Assembly: GCA_001179505.1 (NCBI GenBank)
Contig: CDMY01001057.1
Coordinates: forward strand, 1-64,000
Direction: 5' to 3'
DNA: 64,000 nucleotides
From: Vitrella brassicaformis CCMP3155
Lineage: Eukaryota > Protista > Chromerida
Part shown: piece after piece, positions 43,887 to 57,957 of the stretch
How positions within the stretch are numbered: position 1 is the stretch's first letter
How the letters are laid out: each line of letters starts with the position of its first letter
Notes under the pieces: model-generated
Database searches by the model: none
What the model saw: the letters and a program-made list of their open reading frames with translations, nothing else
Told to the model about the DNA's origin: nothing
Made by a program: the position numbers and the translations under genes

Positions 43887-45787
43887 GTGGAAGCGGAGCG
43901 CGCCGAGCGTATGAACCTGAGCGTTCTGGTGCAAAGGAGTCTGGATCCTCCACTTTTTTTCCTCGACGACTTGAAGCTTGTTTTCGCTAGCAAAGAGCCT
44001 CGGCTGTTACCTGATTGCTGTCCGGACCATCATGTCGTTTCTGAAATGCAAGGCCAGTGGAGGAAGAACGCTCAGGGCAAGGGCAATGACGACTCGGCGG
44101 TAAGCGAGAGGACCACAGGGCAGTGATGGTTGAATGTATGGTTATGTGTCCATTCCATGGTGCAGGGCGCGACGGGGGCGACAAGTCGACGGTATGCAGC
44201 ACACAAGGATCTGTGTCTGTGTGCTGGACTGGCGATTCCCCTTGTGCAGCTGTATCGACACAACGGCCCAGGTCAAGAAGGCCAAGGAGCTCAAGACTGC
44301 CAAGAAAAAGATCTCCCAGGCAAGATCAGATGGGCTGCTGGAATGATGGAAACATGGGCGACGATGGATGGATGGATTAATGGATGGATGGATGGATGGT
44401 TCTGTGCGTGCGTGCCGAATGTGTGGTGCACGCGGACGAATGGGAATGGATGCCTTGCAGAAGAAGCAGGACCAGGTGGGAAGTGCGTCCATCTCATCTA
44501 GCACAGCACATGTGCATCCACCTCTGTCTCGACACACCACACCCCTTTCTCTCTTGCAGACGACGCAGGAGAAGAAAAAGGCTGAGCAGGACTTTGACAG
44601 ACGCATGCAGGTGGGCTGGCAGAAACGAGGGAGGGAGGGAGGAGCGAGAGGAGGGGATACACAGAAACACAGATGACCATCCGTGAGTCCTTTGGCTGAA
44701 TGGCTGGCTTCTCAGACAAAGTCGATGGTGCTCAAGGACGACGACGAAGAGGACGACTAACGACTACGAAGATACTACGGAGGTAGGCGGATAGACCCCC
44801 CAACACACACGCACACACGTGAATTGTATCGACGAACCACAACACACACACCTTGTCTCCCTCTGTGGTGTCTGTGTGTGTGTGTGTGTGCGTGTGCGTG
44901 TGTGTGTTAGGTACATCCGTGACGTCTGATACACACCGAATCAGACACATACGGCAGCTGCTGTGGCCTGTACAGGGTGGCGAGGATATGCGTGTGACTG
45001 AGGACGACTACCAGAAATCTCCCAAGACGATCGTACCCGGTAGGCAGCGACTGCACCACACTCACACACACGAGGGGGGCCCCACACACGCCAACACGAT
45101 TGAGTGGCTGCACTGTCGCGTGTGCCAGGGCTCGGGTAGATGATGGGCAAGATGAGCAGTTTCTTCACCGGTGGCGGCGGCGGCGCTGCTGACAGTAGCG
45201 GGCAGAAGAAGCCCGTGGGACGTGACGCCCTGGGTACACACACGTAAACCACACCACAAGGAAGGCCTGCATCTGTCTGTGTTTCAGGGCGTGTGGTTAA
45301 GGAGCAGGAGGAGGTCGACCAAGCTGCGAAGAAACACACAAAGCACACGACGGGAGGACTAGTAAACACCTCCAAGCACCAAACACGCCCAGACAAACAA
45401 ACAAACAAACATCCGCGCTTCAAGAAACGCGTCGCTGTCGTGTTTTGTTGATGTCAGCTTGGCATCCCGCTCTCCTTCCCGCCCATCAAGACGCAGGGCA
45501 AGAGTATGCAAAGACACACAAAGACAGACAGACAGATGCACCCTCATGTCGCTGTGTGTGTGTCTTGTCAGAACCGGCTCCTCCTCCGAAGCCCAAGGTA
45601 GCCAGCCCCCACACAACAAACACACCAGTGAGCGTGTGTGTTGTCTTTCTGCGTCGGCTGCGTGTACGTACGTATTGTGCAGGTGGTCCGACAGCCGGAG
45701 TTGAAGGTGGGGCGGGAGATCCACACCACGTGGTCGGACGATCCGGCCCCCAGGCCCTACACCTCCGTCCTGCCCAGGTCGGAGTAG
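43887..45787 (+). CDS. Hypothetical multi-exon charged protein(s)
   Basis: Small exons flanked by GT/GC-AG introns (VKKAKELKTAKKKISQ, TTQEKKKAEQDFDRRMQ, VVRQPELKVGREIHTTW). Exon chain unresolved and may be two genes. Confidence 0.35.
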
Positions 45788-46404
45788 GGCAAATACGACA
45801 ACACCAACTAAATCCACCACACACCGTTTTTCAAACGGTGACTGGATGCGTTCGTAGCGTGTGGGCGTGAACAATCTGCCTGTCTTGTCTCTCTCTTGTC
45901 TGTCTGGCCGCCTGGTTTGTGCGATGTCGTTCGTGCTGCTGGCCTCCCACACAGAAGGGCAGACACACCGGCCCACACAGATACGCCACCCACCCTCCCT
46001 CCCCACGTAGCTACGGCAGGAATCGATATCGATGGATCACTGGATGAATGGCTTACACACGTGCGGTCGGCCTTGCCTTCTCTGTCCCACTGTCTATTTG
46101 ACCACGTGTGTATTTTAAGATGCATTGATTGACGTGTGCTGTGGGTCTGTCTGCAGTGAGTGTGATGATATGTATCTAGCTCTCTCCTCCCCGCGCTTCT
46201 CAAGTGGCAGACACAGAGGACCACCCCACCACACAGCCACCCCACCACACAGACAGAGGGATGGGTGTGGAGGCAGACAGACAGACAGACCTCTGTCGGT
46301 GTCTCCCTCCCTCTCTGCAGGCTGCCTTCCCAGCAGTATCGCTGTCTATATTTTATATCCCGACGTTTGTGTGAATGTATCCGTGCGCCGTGCGGTCAGA
46401 GGAC

Positions 46405-47068
46405 ATGCAAATGTGGGACTCAATGCGTACAGATGAACCCTCAGATAGCGGACTGATCCATGAATCAGATGCCTGCAAAACGCACACACACACGACATGC
46501 GATGTCATCTCTCACTCCATTCTTCCTTTGTCGCCTTTGCCCTTCTTCTCCCTTTGCGATCGGCTTGCGAGCTTGAAGCGCAGATCCCTGACAAGAGAGG
46601 AGAAACTTCCCTACATCCGAGGACAGGAAACATCAGCCTTCATCTGCCCTGGGAGCGAAGCGCAGCTAGCGTCAGATCTTCCCCGGATTCTCCACATCGT
46701 GTCCGTGTGGAGCGGTGTGCCAGCAGGCATGGCCTTTCTGGGCGCCATAGCGTTTGTGTGTTTCGCGTCGTCGCTGGTGTCATCGCTGCATCAGATCAAG
46801 CAGCACCTGAAGCACTTCCACCAGCCGGAGTTCCAGCTGCACGTCTGCAGGATACTGCTCATGGTGCCGGTGAGATGGTGATGTGCGCATGGGCATGGAA
46901 GGCAGAACGAGCCCAGACACGTATGGCTGGCGGCTTTGCGTCTGCGTGTGTGTTCAGATCTATTCATTTCAGTCGTACCTGTCATTCCTGTTCCCGCGCT
47001 ATGCCGTCTTCTTCGATACCGTTAGAGACTGGTAGGCCACAAGCACTCCGAGCTGCTCATCTGCTTTG

Positions 47069-47104
<36 letters not shown>

Positions 47105-48638
47105 AGCTATGAGGCGTACGTGGTGAACATCTTCTTTCAGCTTCTTGTACAGTACCTGGGAGGCGAAAACGTCATCGTACTGCACTTCGAAATGAAGGTA
47201 GGTACATCACTCAACCATACACTCGTGCATCCATCTGCGCGTGAATGTGCTGCGTCAGGGCCGCATCCGGCATCCATGGCCGATTCGGAAGTTCATACCG
47301 CCAATCAGCACCAACAGGTAAGTGTGCAGCGATGACACCATGGCACACACACCATGGCCGCCGCCCAACCGTGCTTCGTGTGTCGGGCCAGGCGATTCTT
47401 TCGCAATGTCAAGAAGGGCGTGCTGCAGTTCGCAATCATCAAACCGGCAGCATCGGTCAGTGCTCAATGGATGTCAGCACACGCACGGCCCTATCGATGG
47501 GTGTACGTGTGCAGATCCTGGGATTGGTGCTGGAGGTGTTTGATCTGTATGAGGGCGGCAAGTTCAAGCTGCAGAAGGGCTTCCTCTACCTCGCCATACT
47601 CATGAATTTCTCTGTTTGGGTATGTGTGTGAGTGAGTGAGTCTCCATCGGCTCACGAGTGCATATATGGTGTCCGTTGTGTCGCCTTGATTGGACGCAGA
47701 CGGCCATGTACTCATTGATCCTGTTTTACATGGCCACTGAGGATCGGCTGGCGCCCTTTCGTCCACTGGCCAAGTTCCTGTGCATCAAAGCCATCATATT
47801 CTTCTCTTTCTGGTGTGCACGTCGTTGACACAACCTGCTCGTAATTGGTATCTACCCGTCCGTGTGTTTCGTGTGGGTTGTGTGGTTGTTCAGGCAGTCG
47901 TTGCTGCTGGCCTTCCTGGTGCAGTCGGGTGTAATCGGTGACCTCACATCGATGGGACTCGATGCACACCACAACGCACAAAGAATAGAGGTGCTTCAGT
48001 CGCCACACACGTGCTGGCATGGCAACAGATGCATGTGTGTGTATTGGATTGGATGTGTCGGGATGTGTGTGTGTGTGTGTGTGTGTGTGTAGGATTTCTT
48101 GGTGTTGCTGGAGATGGTCGGTTTTGCGATAGCGCACAGCTACGCCTTTTCGTACCGCGACTTCGCCGACCCCGACAGGCGGCACAACAGACCGCTGCTC
48201 CACAACCTACAAAAGGTCAAATGCCCCACCCACATACAGGAGATGAGTACACTGCATGTATGCATCTGATGCAGGTGTTGAATGTTGAGGACGTGTTGAA
48301 GGATGCCCACCAGACCTTCTGGACCAAAGGGGACAAAAGGGAACTGCCACTCAAAGTACGACAGACAGACAGAGTGACAACGAGAATGGGAATGTCGTGT
48401 TGTTCCTCAATCCCTGGATATGCCATCCATTCGTCCACCGATCAGGACCTGAAGAGCGCCCACAAAATCGACGCATCATCCGACAGCGACGAGGTGCGGC
48501 CGACCAAGCCGAACATCCAACCATTGATTGCACTGATGTATGCGTGTTGTGTGTCCGCAGGAGGACGAGCTTGAGTTGCTGATAGCGCAGGATGCGCACA
48601 GCAGTGTATCACTCATGAGGAACCAAGACTCACTCTGA
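46405..48638 (+). CDS. TMEM184: TMEM184 / organic solute transporter alpha (OST-alpha, LAZ1-like) membrane protein
   Basis: [85 protein letters not shown]. Start approximate. Confidence 0.92.
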
Positions 48639-48898
48639 CACACGGGCCGGCTGAGGATGGGCGCGCTGGGTGGGTGGTGCTGTGTCGTTGCTGTGTACAG
48701 GGAGGGAGGACGGAAGGTCAGTATGTAAGTCGTGTCCTTGTGTGGTTGGTGGCACTGCCCGCCGAGCAGCCAGCCGGTGAAGGTGTGTGTGAGGGCGGGT
48801 GGGCGTCCGAGTGTGGATATTCTTCTCTACGATGTTTGTGTGTACATCTCTAATGAATGGACGTGACGAATTGCATGGGACCATTACGCGTATATATG

Positions 48899-50545
48899 TC
48901 ATGTCTTATTGTCAATGTCGTTCTTTATACACACGCTCGTGGCTCGTGGCACATTAGCTAAGCCCTCATCAATCACAAACGTCCCAGCGCCTCCCCCGCT
49001 CCCTCCGTCCCATGTCTCTCACTCACCTGGGTTCAACGACACATTCATAGTTAGCGATTTGGTGTTGATGTTGACATTGGCCGAGTCCTTCTGCTCACCC
49101 TTCGCCGCCTCCGTCTCTGTTGGCTCATTCCCCTTCTCCTTTTTGCTGTCCTCGGGGGTGGTCTCGCTCTCTTTGCTGACGACCTCTTGCTTCTTGCCGG
49201 CTGCGGTGCCCTCCATGTCTTGCTTGTCTGGTTCTTCCTTGTTCACGACTGCCGTCCCTTTGTTTGTTTGCTGTTGCTCAGTCGCCTCCTTCGTCTTTTC
49301 CTCTTCCTTCTTCTCAATGTCCTTGCTGGGCGCTGCAGAGGCTGGCGGTGTCTCGGCAGTGCCCTCTATGGTCACGGTCTGGCTGGGCGTCTCATTCTCT
49401 TTCGTCTCTGTTGGTTTCTCTTGCGTCTGTGGAGTCGCTGGCTGAGTCTCCTCCGTCTCCTTGGCCTGGCCATTCGCCTCCGTGGATTTACTCTGGTCTG
49501 CATTCTCCGCTTCTGGCTTCGTCTCGCTCTCTTTGTTGACCTCCTCCGTGTTGCTTACTGTCTCAGCTGTGGTGCCCTTCTTGTCTTGATCTTCCGTCTT
49601 GCCGGCTGCCGTGTTTTTGTCGGGTGGCTCTTGCTCAGTCGCCTCCTTTGCCGTGTCTTTGTCCGCATCGGACTCCGTGGACGATGCAGGCTTGGCATCA
49701 CCTCCATCATTTTCTTCTGATACGGTGACCTTCTCCTGGTCCGCCACCTCTTCCTTGGCCTTCTTAGAGCCGCCTCCCAGGCTGTCCTCGTCCCATGTCA
49801 TCGGCTCCTCACCGGGAGAAAGGCCCCATCCGCCCCCTTCTGGAGAGGCCGCTGGCCGCTCGCGCATCTCTGGTGTCTCCCCCTGAAGGGAGATCTGGCT
49901 CCCCTGACCTGATTGAGCGGGTAAAGGGGGGACAAGAAGGGCTGTCTGTCTGATGGGCGATTGTGAACCATTGCACTTGGCACTTACATTTGTGGTCGCG
50001 GCACCAGGACGCGCAGCACTCCTACAACAAATAAAAGGTGAGAAATTAGAACATACACAAGTTTCTTTTTTGAGAGGGTTTTGTTATCACCCAGTTTTCG
50101 TCGCAGTGAGCGTGGTTCCTGCGGCAGTCTGTGCCTTCGGTGCTGCCTGCGACAGAACCAGCACTCTATGACGGCCGTAACGATGGACCTGCTGCACAGA
50201 GCTTACATTTTCCGTTGACGCATTTGAAGCCTCCACACTCTTGTTCGACATTGTGGCCATCACACGGGTCGCCCAGCGCACCTGTGCATGTTGATGTCGG
50301 AATGTGGACGGTCCGGCTGCAGCACACAGGGCTGCTGTCCCGTGTGGCCTGCTCGCCGCCCTCCTTGCACGCTGCATGCCGTGAGTAACAAACAACAGTG
50401 AAGTGAACATGTGAGCCGCGTGTGTGGGCGGTCTCTTACCCTTCCATCGTTCGCAGGAGCCGTCCGATCTGTACTCTTCGCACACCTTCCTGTTTGCAAT
50501 CGTCGGAAGGGTCAGCATAAGCCACACGAGGAAGACCACGACCAT
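48899..50545 (-). CDS. Secreted cysteine-rich protein with knottin-like motif and long T/E/K-rich stalk
   Basis: Signal-peptide-like MVVVFLVWLMLTLPTIA. Phase-consistent exons give ..GDPCDGHNVEQECGGFKCVNGKC STEGTDCRRNHAHCDENWECCASWCRDHKC.., which joins in frame to ORF 49019..49867. Confidence 0.7.
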
Positions 50546-50602
50546 GTTGACGAATGCATGCAACACCGCCCCCACGCCCCCAGTCTCGCGTTTTGTCGCA
50601 AG

Positions 50603-51341
50603 ATGCGTCCTGCCACCAGACTGCTCACGATCACTGCAGCAGTGGCCATATTTGTCGTGGCCGCATCGCATGACACAGGTACATCAGCGAGGCAAGGCCA
50701 CAATGTCATCCCCTGGACCATAATGTTGTGTTTGCAGACCCATCAGATGTGGTGATTGAGGAGGAGACCATCATTGCAGAGGGCATCACGGACGGCGGAC
50801 AAACGCTCTATGGCGTAGTGGAGCAGGACATTGTCGAGCTCCCTGCCTCGCCCACAGCCGTTAATGATCCATCAGCAGGGAACAGCCAAAGTGACGAACT
50901 GGAGATGCTGGTGATGTACGAGACAGAGCCTAAGAAGGGTGACTCGTCTGTTGGTCTGCACTGCGACAAACGCCTAAGACGGCTACAGGGCATCAGTAAG
51001 CAGAGGGCAAGGTGGACAGAGACAGGGGGATGTGTCGACTCTGTGTCTCTGTTCAGTTGACCCAAAGGACACGCCTGGCGGAAGTAAGGACAGAGGGATG
51101 TCATGACATCACCCGAGGAGACCTCCCGATTGTTGCCTGTATGTGTGCATGGGTGTGTGGATGTGTGTATGCAGAGCGCAAGCATCCGAAAACATCTATG
51201 TTGGAGGACATCATCGGCGCCAACTGGTACAAAAACGACCTCAACTACTTCGCATACGCCAGCACCGCCACACGCAGAGGAGCGATAATGACGAGGGTAC
51301 CTGTTTTGACAGCACTCTTGTTGCTGTTCGCTTTGTGGTGA
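50603..51341 (+). CDS. Small surface protein with signal peptide and GPI-signal-like C-terminus
   Basis: MRPATRLLTITAAVAIFVVAAS.. and terminal RVPVLTALLLLFALW*; four exons. Confidence 0.65.
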
Positions 51342-51638
51342 TGGTCGATATGGACTGTAAGTTGTGATGACATCTCATCTGTGAGTTTGAAGGCCACTCT
51401 GACACGCACACAGCAGTCCAAATGAGGCGGGCAGAACTCTCATGCACTGAACGACACAGCTACAATATGCGAATGTATGTCCTTACTATCCTCAGACACA
51501 AAATCTGCTCGTATATGTTGTGTCGGACACATCTCACAAACTCACAAATACAAAGAGACACCCCCCTGTTGGCGTTCGTGGCATGGATACACAGACAGCT
51601 GAGTGCATGCACGCCGGGTGGATGAGGGCACACATGAC

Positions 51639-54600
51639 TCATTTGTCTGTGAGTATCCTGTATCCCTCCCAGTCTGGCGGGGCCTGGTAGTTGAAGTCCC
51701 TCATGTGATTGAGCAGCACCAGCGACGGGCCATCCTCCGCTGGGCCAGGCAGCTCATCCTTCAACCTGATAATGACACACATCAGTCGCTACAGACAGCG
51801 ACATTGCGCTTACTGCAGATCTGCATACTTGTCCAGCATGTCTCTTGCCTCTATCCAGCTGCCCTTTTCATAGCAACTGAATGCCTCGCTGCAAGTGTAT
51901 AGGGGAAGGAAGGAAAAACACCCATGGAAAGGGGCACTCATATGAATCATAGTGGCTGGCTCACTTGAATCGCCCCACGAATCCCTTGGGTATGTATGCC
52001 CGCATGCTGCGGAGGTCCACATCGGTTTGAAACATACCCGCTATCTGCACAGCAACAAGACAACAGCCGCAAGTGACTACCACTTCTTTTGTGCCTCTCC
52101 CTCCTTCCTTTCGTCGTACATCGTTGTCTGGGTTCCAGAAACCTCTTTTGCGCATCGCTTTCCGCTTCGACTCCTTCAGCTTCTTGTGCGCCATGTATGC
52201 CTTGTAGTGATCCGGGTCGCTTGCGGCCAGCTGCTTTTCTTTCGTATCGGCCTTGACCTTGCCCGTTGACGACTGAAGACCACACGCAAAACGAGGCAAG
52301 GAAAGGAGATATGCACATTCACATTGGATGAACGGATGGTGGCACTCACCCGCAGGGCGTCGGCATTGAGGTCAACTGTCCAGAGGTGCATGGGCCTCTT
52401 GGAGCCCTTGACGGTCACACAATCGATGTGACGGCACTCTTCCTGCGTGGAGGCATTCAAACATCACACATGCGGACGGACCGAGAAAAGCGCCTCTCTG
52501 CTTGTTCACCCTGAAGGTGGGCGTCATGGTATCGACAATCTCGCCCGAGACAAGAATGGGTACGCCAAACTGCTTGGTGGCCGCCTCGAGCCGCGACGAT
52601 ATGTTGACGTTGGGGGAAAGGTAGGAGGCGTCGATCTTGTACATGGACCCGATTGCACCCTCGATGGCCCAGCCCATGTGCAGACCGAAGCCCATGCGGA
52701 CGCGGTAGTTCTTGCCCAGACGGGCAAGCAGGCCCTCATGGCGGCTGTAGGCGGAGATCACCTCAGACTGACAAAGGCGACACTCCAATCCACTCACTTG
52801 TGCGTGTGTGTCATCTCTCATTAACGGCACCGACAGTGATCTCTCACCTTCTTCATCTCAGAGATCATTTTGAGGTAGGACATGAGCGCGAGCTCGGCCA
52901 GTCGGGCGACAATGTCGTTGTCGATGACCTGCCGTATCAGCGCGCTGGGGTTCTGCGGGTCGTCTTTGTCAGCCACGAGACTGAACTCGACTTCCTTGCC
53001 TGTCCACGGGTGTCTCTCGGGTATCTTCCACACCAACAGAAAGGCATCCCCGATGTTCTTGTTGGCCGTGCCGCTGAAATCGTCACAGATGCCGTGGACC
53101 ACCTCGGCTATCTGGTTGACGAACACCATCACCTGACACACACATACACAACGCAAGACAAGAGCAGTCAGAGCTGGGGGGAGTGTTCGTGTCCTCTGTG
53201 TGTGAGTTCACTCCTTCTTTGAGTATCTCGGTGGCATCAGTGAAGTTGCGGATGTCGCAGAACCCGAAGATGCAAGTCACTTTGCGGCCGGGGATGAGCG
53301 GGTCGACTGTCTCGGCGGACTCGATGTTCTTGCTGATGATTGCCGTGCCGGCCTCTCCGAAGCCGAGAGCCATTAATGTGCCGATCTTGACAATCGTCTT
53401 CTCGAGTAACACAGTCTCCATTGGCTCGGTTTCCTGTTTTTTGCCCACGGGGTTCATGCCGACCATTCCATAGAAGCAGTTCTGCATACCGAGAAAACAG
53501 CGCTGCCACCTGATAAAAGGGACACGGCACGGCTGTGTTCGCATCCAATGGTGGGCAAGCTCGTTGTCTATCTGCCTACACGAGCAGCGCCCTGGGCGTG
53601 CCGGCATGGCTGTCTTGTCGTGTCATTGCTCCAGTCTGCTGCGGGGCGATCTTGGTGGTGCGGCGACGAGATGTTTTGCGCGACTTCTTGAACTCGCTGA
53701 CTTCTTTTTCCAGGAACTCGTGCTCCATCTTGGCCGCCTCAAGAGGATTGCGGCTGCATTGACACGGGTCTTTCATTACCATATGCACGTTCGCATCTGT
53801 GCCGTTGTTATTGTACCGGATGACGTCGAGCCGATTCATCATCTTCTCAAGGGGATCGAGGACCAATGTCTGGGCATCGTTGGAAAACATGATGGCACCT
53901 GATTGAGACACACACACGAAGGGATTGTGTGATTCATCTGCGGTACATGCAAGCGTCAGATACTCTACCAGCTGCGACAATCTGTGAGGACACATAACAG
54001 AGACACGCACAGGTACGCGTGAAGGAGGATGTCTCGTGAATGGATGTCTCGTGCATCCATCATTGCATTCACTCCTCACCACACAGATGAAGACGGTCTG
54101 AGCAATGGAGAGGGCGGCTTGAAAGGTCGTGAACGGACGCAAATCAAAGGTCACCTACACACCAAACAAAAACCAAGACTCTCTTCAACGCACAAGTCGT
54201 CTATTCCTTCTTTCAGGTGTCGCACTTCGTGGAATTCTCCCTCGACGAGCATCATCTCGCTGCGCCGCAAGTCATCGAGGCTGTCTATCACGTCAGTGAC
54301 CAGCACACCATCCTCGCTCGCCGCCTCAACAGACGTAAGAGCGGCCAACGGCTTCTGCACCCAAACACAGGTGTGGCCAGCTTCCTGACAGCTGCATATA
54401 CGCGTTGGACGTTGGGTTAACACACATACCGCATCGTCGAAGGTGAATAGGACGAAATCAGCGCCATTGACATCAACTTCTGATCTGTCCACTGGTGCTG
54501 CCGCCAGTGGCACAGGCAGCCTCATCTGCACCGCATAGCCGTGTGTGCCATCGTCCTGATCCGAAGCACATACACACAGAAGGCCATGCTGGCCGGCGGC

Positions 54601-57050
54601 AAAGTGAGTTGGAAGCGACCTTGTGGAAGGAAAGGAAGCTCAGCACGCTGGTGTTCCACCCGGCATTCGTGACGACAGGATCGATCGCCCACATCCTGGA
54701 AACAACCAGAGGGGAAGAAGAAATGTGAACACATCCATCACATGTATTCGCCTCCCGGTGTGTATCTCACGCACACGTCAAGCTGTTGGACTCCATAGAG
54801 ACTCGAAACTGCAAACTGCTCGCGCCACAGATTCTGAGAGGCAGCAGAGTGGCAAAGACAAGGAAGAGACGGACAGCGTATCGTGTCTCAGCCTGATGAT
54901 GCGCACCGTACCGCATCGAAGAGTGGTATGAGTAGCAGCATGGCCAGCACCATGACAATCACACGCTTGGTGGTGCGGTCAGACAGCTTCTTGCCCACAC
55001 GGGTCTCGGGAAGCTGTATGCACACATACACACATACACACATACAGGCATAGACACACCAGAGCAGAGCCCTTTCTAATGTCTGTTTCCTACCCCTTCC
55101 GCCACTGTCGTGTGCGTCAAACTTGCAGGCGGCTCATTCACCTCCAGGTCCATCTCTAGCTCGTCACCAGCCTTCAAATCCTGTGCCTGCGGCAAGGCCA
55201 GGTCGTTAAGCTTGCCACGAGTCAGCATGTTCTTACTTTCTGCTTTTCCTGTTTGTCTTCGAGCTTCTCGTGTTCTTTGTGATCAATTCGCATCACCGCC
55301 ACCTTGTACAACTTGATGATACGCACGAGACGAATTATGCGGCCGGCCCGGCTGCCCGCACGTGCGGCCCGGCCGGCGCTGGATGCGGTCGACGTGCCCA
55401 TTTGGCCCTGAAGAGCGGCGTCGACCGCAGAGATATCAAGGATCATGGATGATGTAGCGATAAAGTCCTGCAAGAGACATAGATGTGGAGACGCATGACG
55501 AGGCGTGTTTGTCACTATCGCGGTTTCTGTCGTGCTCTCATCTCCTTACAGTCCAGAAAAAGAAGTGGGGGAAGTAGTCTTTTTGGCCGATGGACAGCAG
55601 GATCATCTCCAGAGCAAAACACACGATGCCAATGATCGTCAAATAGTCCAGAGCAATGTCTTCATGCTGAGCGGAGCACACACTCGTGACGAGGCGGCTC
55701 CGCAATCAGGTCACATTCTTACGGCTGAAAGGCCCGCCAGCCACACGTCCTTCCCGAAAAGAGCGAAAACGACCAGTACGGTCATGAAGGTTGTGGTGTA
55801 CGGATTGTCAGTCAACTTGCGGCAGACGACCTGCAACAAGGAACACGGCAAGGAGACATGTCCTACCCTTCTTCTGTACCCATCCCCGCCTACACAGTTA
55901 CTTTGTATGTGGGCTCTTTGGTCTCCCCCATAAGCGATCGTTGCCAGAAGCTGGTGGCCACACTCTTCATCGACCGCTCCTCCTCTTCCTGCGGCGAGTC
56001 CAGCTGACTCAGCCGCATTTTTGCCGAGTCCCTTCTCTTGCCTTTTTCATCCGTCGCTGTGGAGGGACTGTCCTCTCCGGCATAGTGATGGGCGTCGCCG
56101 AAACTGATGCTGGGAACGCCCATTTGGTGCTCGGCAAACAGGGTCCGCACAGGGATGGGTGGTGCGGAATGATCCGCCCTCAGCAGCGGTGGCAGTGCGG
56201 CATGGTCGGTGATAATGGTATCCCGGTGCTGAGAGGCCATGCCGATGTAGTACCTCTCCTCCTCGCAGTCATCGTTCCTGGAGAGGTTTGACTTTGAGAG
56301 CTCCCTGTCGCTTTCAGTTTCTGGGGCGTGAGGGAGGAGGTGCGGAGGGCCTGGTCCGTTGTCGTCAGCCGGCAGGAAGACGCCAGGTTCGGAATGGGCG
56401 GAACGGGCGCTCATGGGTGAGGGGGGCGAAATACTGAGCCTCAGCTGTGGAGGAGCCTCGCCATTCATGTGGATCTCTCTCTGAAGGGAAACAGGCTGAT
56501 GGACGAACGGAGTTGTGGGTGTGGGGCGAAATCATGCCCCCCGTCTCGCGATCCACGGAGCGGTAATGATGGAGACGGTCCAGCTGCTCACGGAGGAGGA
56601 AGACCAGCCGACATGGTGCCTGTTTGATGTGTCGGCATGCATACGTCGCCGCTTCTATCGCTTCCTCGAATCGATTTTCATCATCCTTGTCATCTTGCTG
56701 CTCTGCTGCTGCGTCTGCTGCTGCTTTATCGTGTATGGCCGAGACCTCACCCGCATGTTGCTGAACGGCGTCGAGGTGCCCGACTGGATGATGAGAGATC
56801 TATTCCGCTCCGAGAGAAGGTCCGACCCGGCGAGCAGTGCAGATGAGGTTGACGAGTCCCGCCGCCGATGGTCGAGCGGGGAGAGCAGGGCTGTGTCTGA
56901 GAGTGTGGCTGCACCGCGTACTAGGCGGTCGTCCCGTGCGTCAGCCAGCCGTCCGTCGATAGTCTCTGTATCCGTAGCATCGTCCAGCCGCCCGTCTGCC
57001 GGCTCGAGAGAAGCGTCACGAACAACGTCGTAGAATTCTATGTAGCATTG
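51639..57050 (-). CDS. Ion-channel-like TM domain fused to class III adenylyl cyclase (alveolate AC-alpha type); 5' end uncertain
   Basis: S4-like AGRAARAGSRAGRIIRLVRIIKLYK. Cyclase motifs FGFCDIRNFT, NKNIGDAFLLVW, GFGLHMGWAIEGAIGS.YKIDASYLSPNVNISSRLE; the K and D specificity residues indicate ATP. TPR-like C-terminus. Confidence 0.92.
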
Positions 57051-57657
57051 CATGTGCCTGCTATGGGAGCAGCTGTACATCGTAACATCCGTGACCCCAC
57101 CTGTCCGCGTCTGTCTCGTTCCATGTGTGTGCATCATGCACCGCACAATCCATTCGCCATCACGTGACTGACTGCACACACACACCCACAGGCAACAGCC
57201 CCCAACACCCCAACGCATTCATTCACTGGAGAACCAGAAGCAAGGAGTGAAGTACATCGGTCATTGTCGGCCAATCAGCGTGTCTATTGTCATGGGTGGA
57301 ACGGCAGGCAGGCAGGCAGGCAGGGAGAGAGAGAGAGAGAGAGAGAGGGAGACACGCAGATAAGAATCTGGCCATTCCAACACAGCAGCACAAAACCGGT
57401 ATGCAGAATGACGGGTTCGTCGCCATCTCTCGGACAGAAAAACACACGCTCTCGCGGCAAAGTGGTCGTCTCTCTGTTCTCGTGTCTGCCAGCACAGTTG
57501 CTGGCAGTGTACACACGCACCATGCATGGATATAACATCCTTTTGATACACAATCAGGTAGGTAGGTAGTTGCTCACACAAATAGTCTGTCTGACCAATC
57601 AGCAGCTCACTTGCCTCACTCACTCAAGTCAGGTTGAAAGTATGAAGTGTCCCAACC

Positions 57658-57957
57658 NNNNNNNNNNNNNNNNNNNNNNNNNNNNNNNNNNNNNNNNNNN
57701 NNNNNNNNNNNNNNNNNNNNNNNNNNNNNNNNNNNNNNNNNNNNNNNNNNNNNNNNNNNNNNNNNNNNNNNNNNNNNNNNNNNNNNNNNNNNNNNNNNNN
57801 NNNNNNNNNNNNNNNNNNNNNNNNNNNNNNNNNNNNNNNNNNNNNNNNNNNNNNNNNNNNNNNNNNNNNNNNNNNNNNNNNNNNNNNNNNNNNNNNNNNN
57901 NNNNNNNNNNNNNNNNNNNNNNNNNNNNNNNNNNNNNNNNNNNNNNNNNNNNNNNNN
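57658..57957. other. Assembly gap (300 N)
   Basis: Run of n characters. Confidence 1.
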
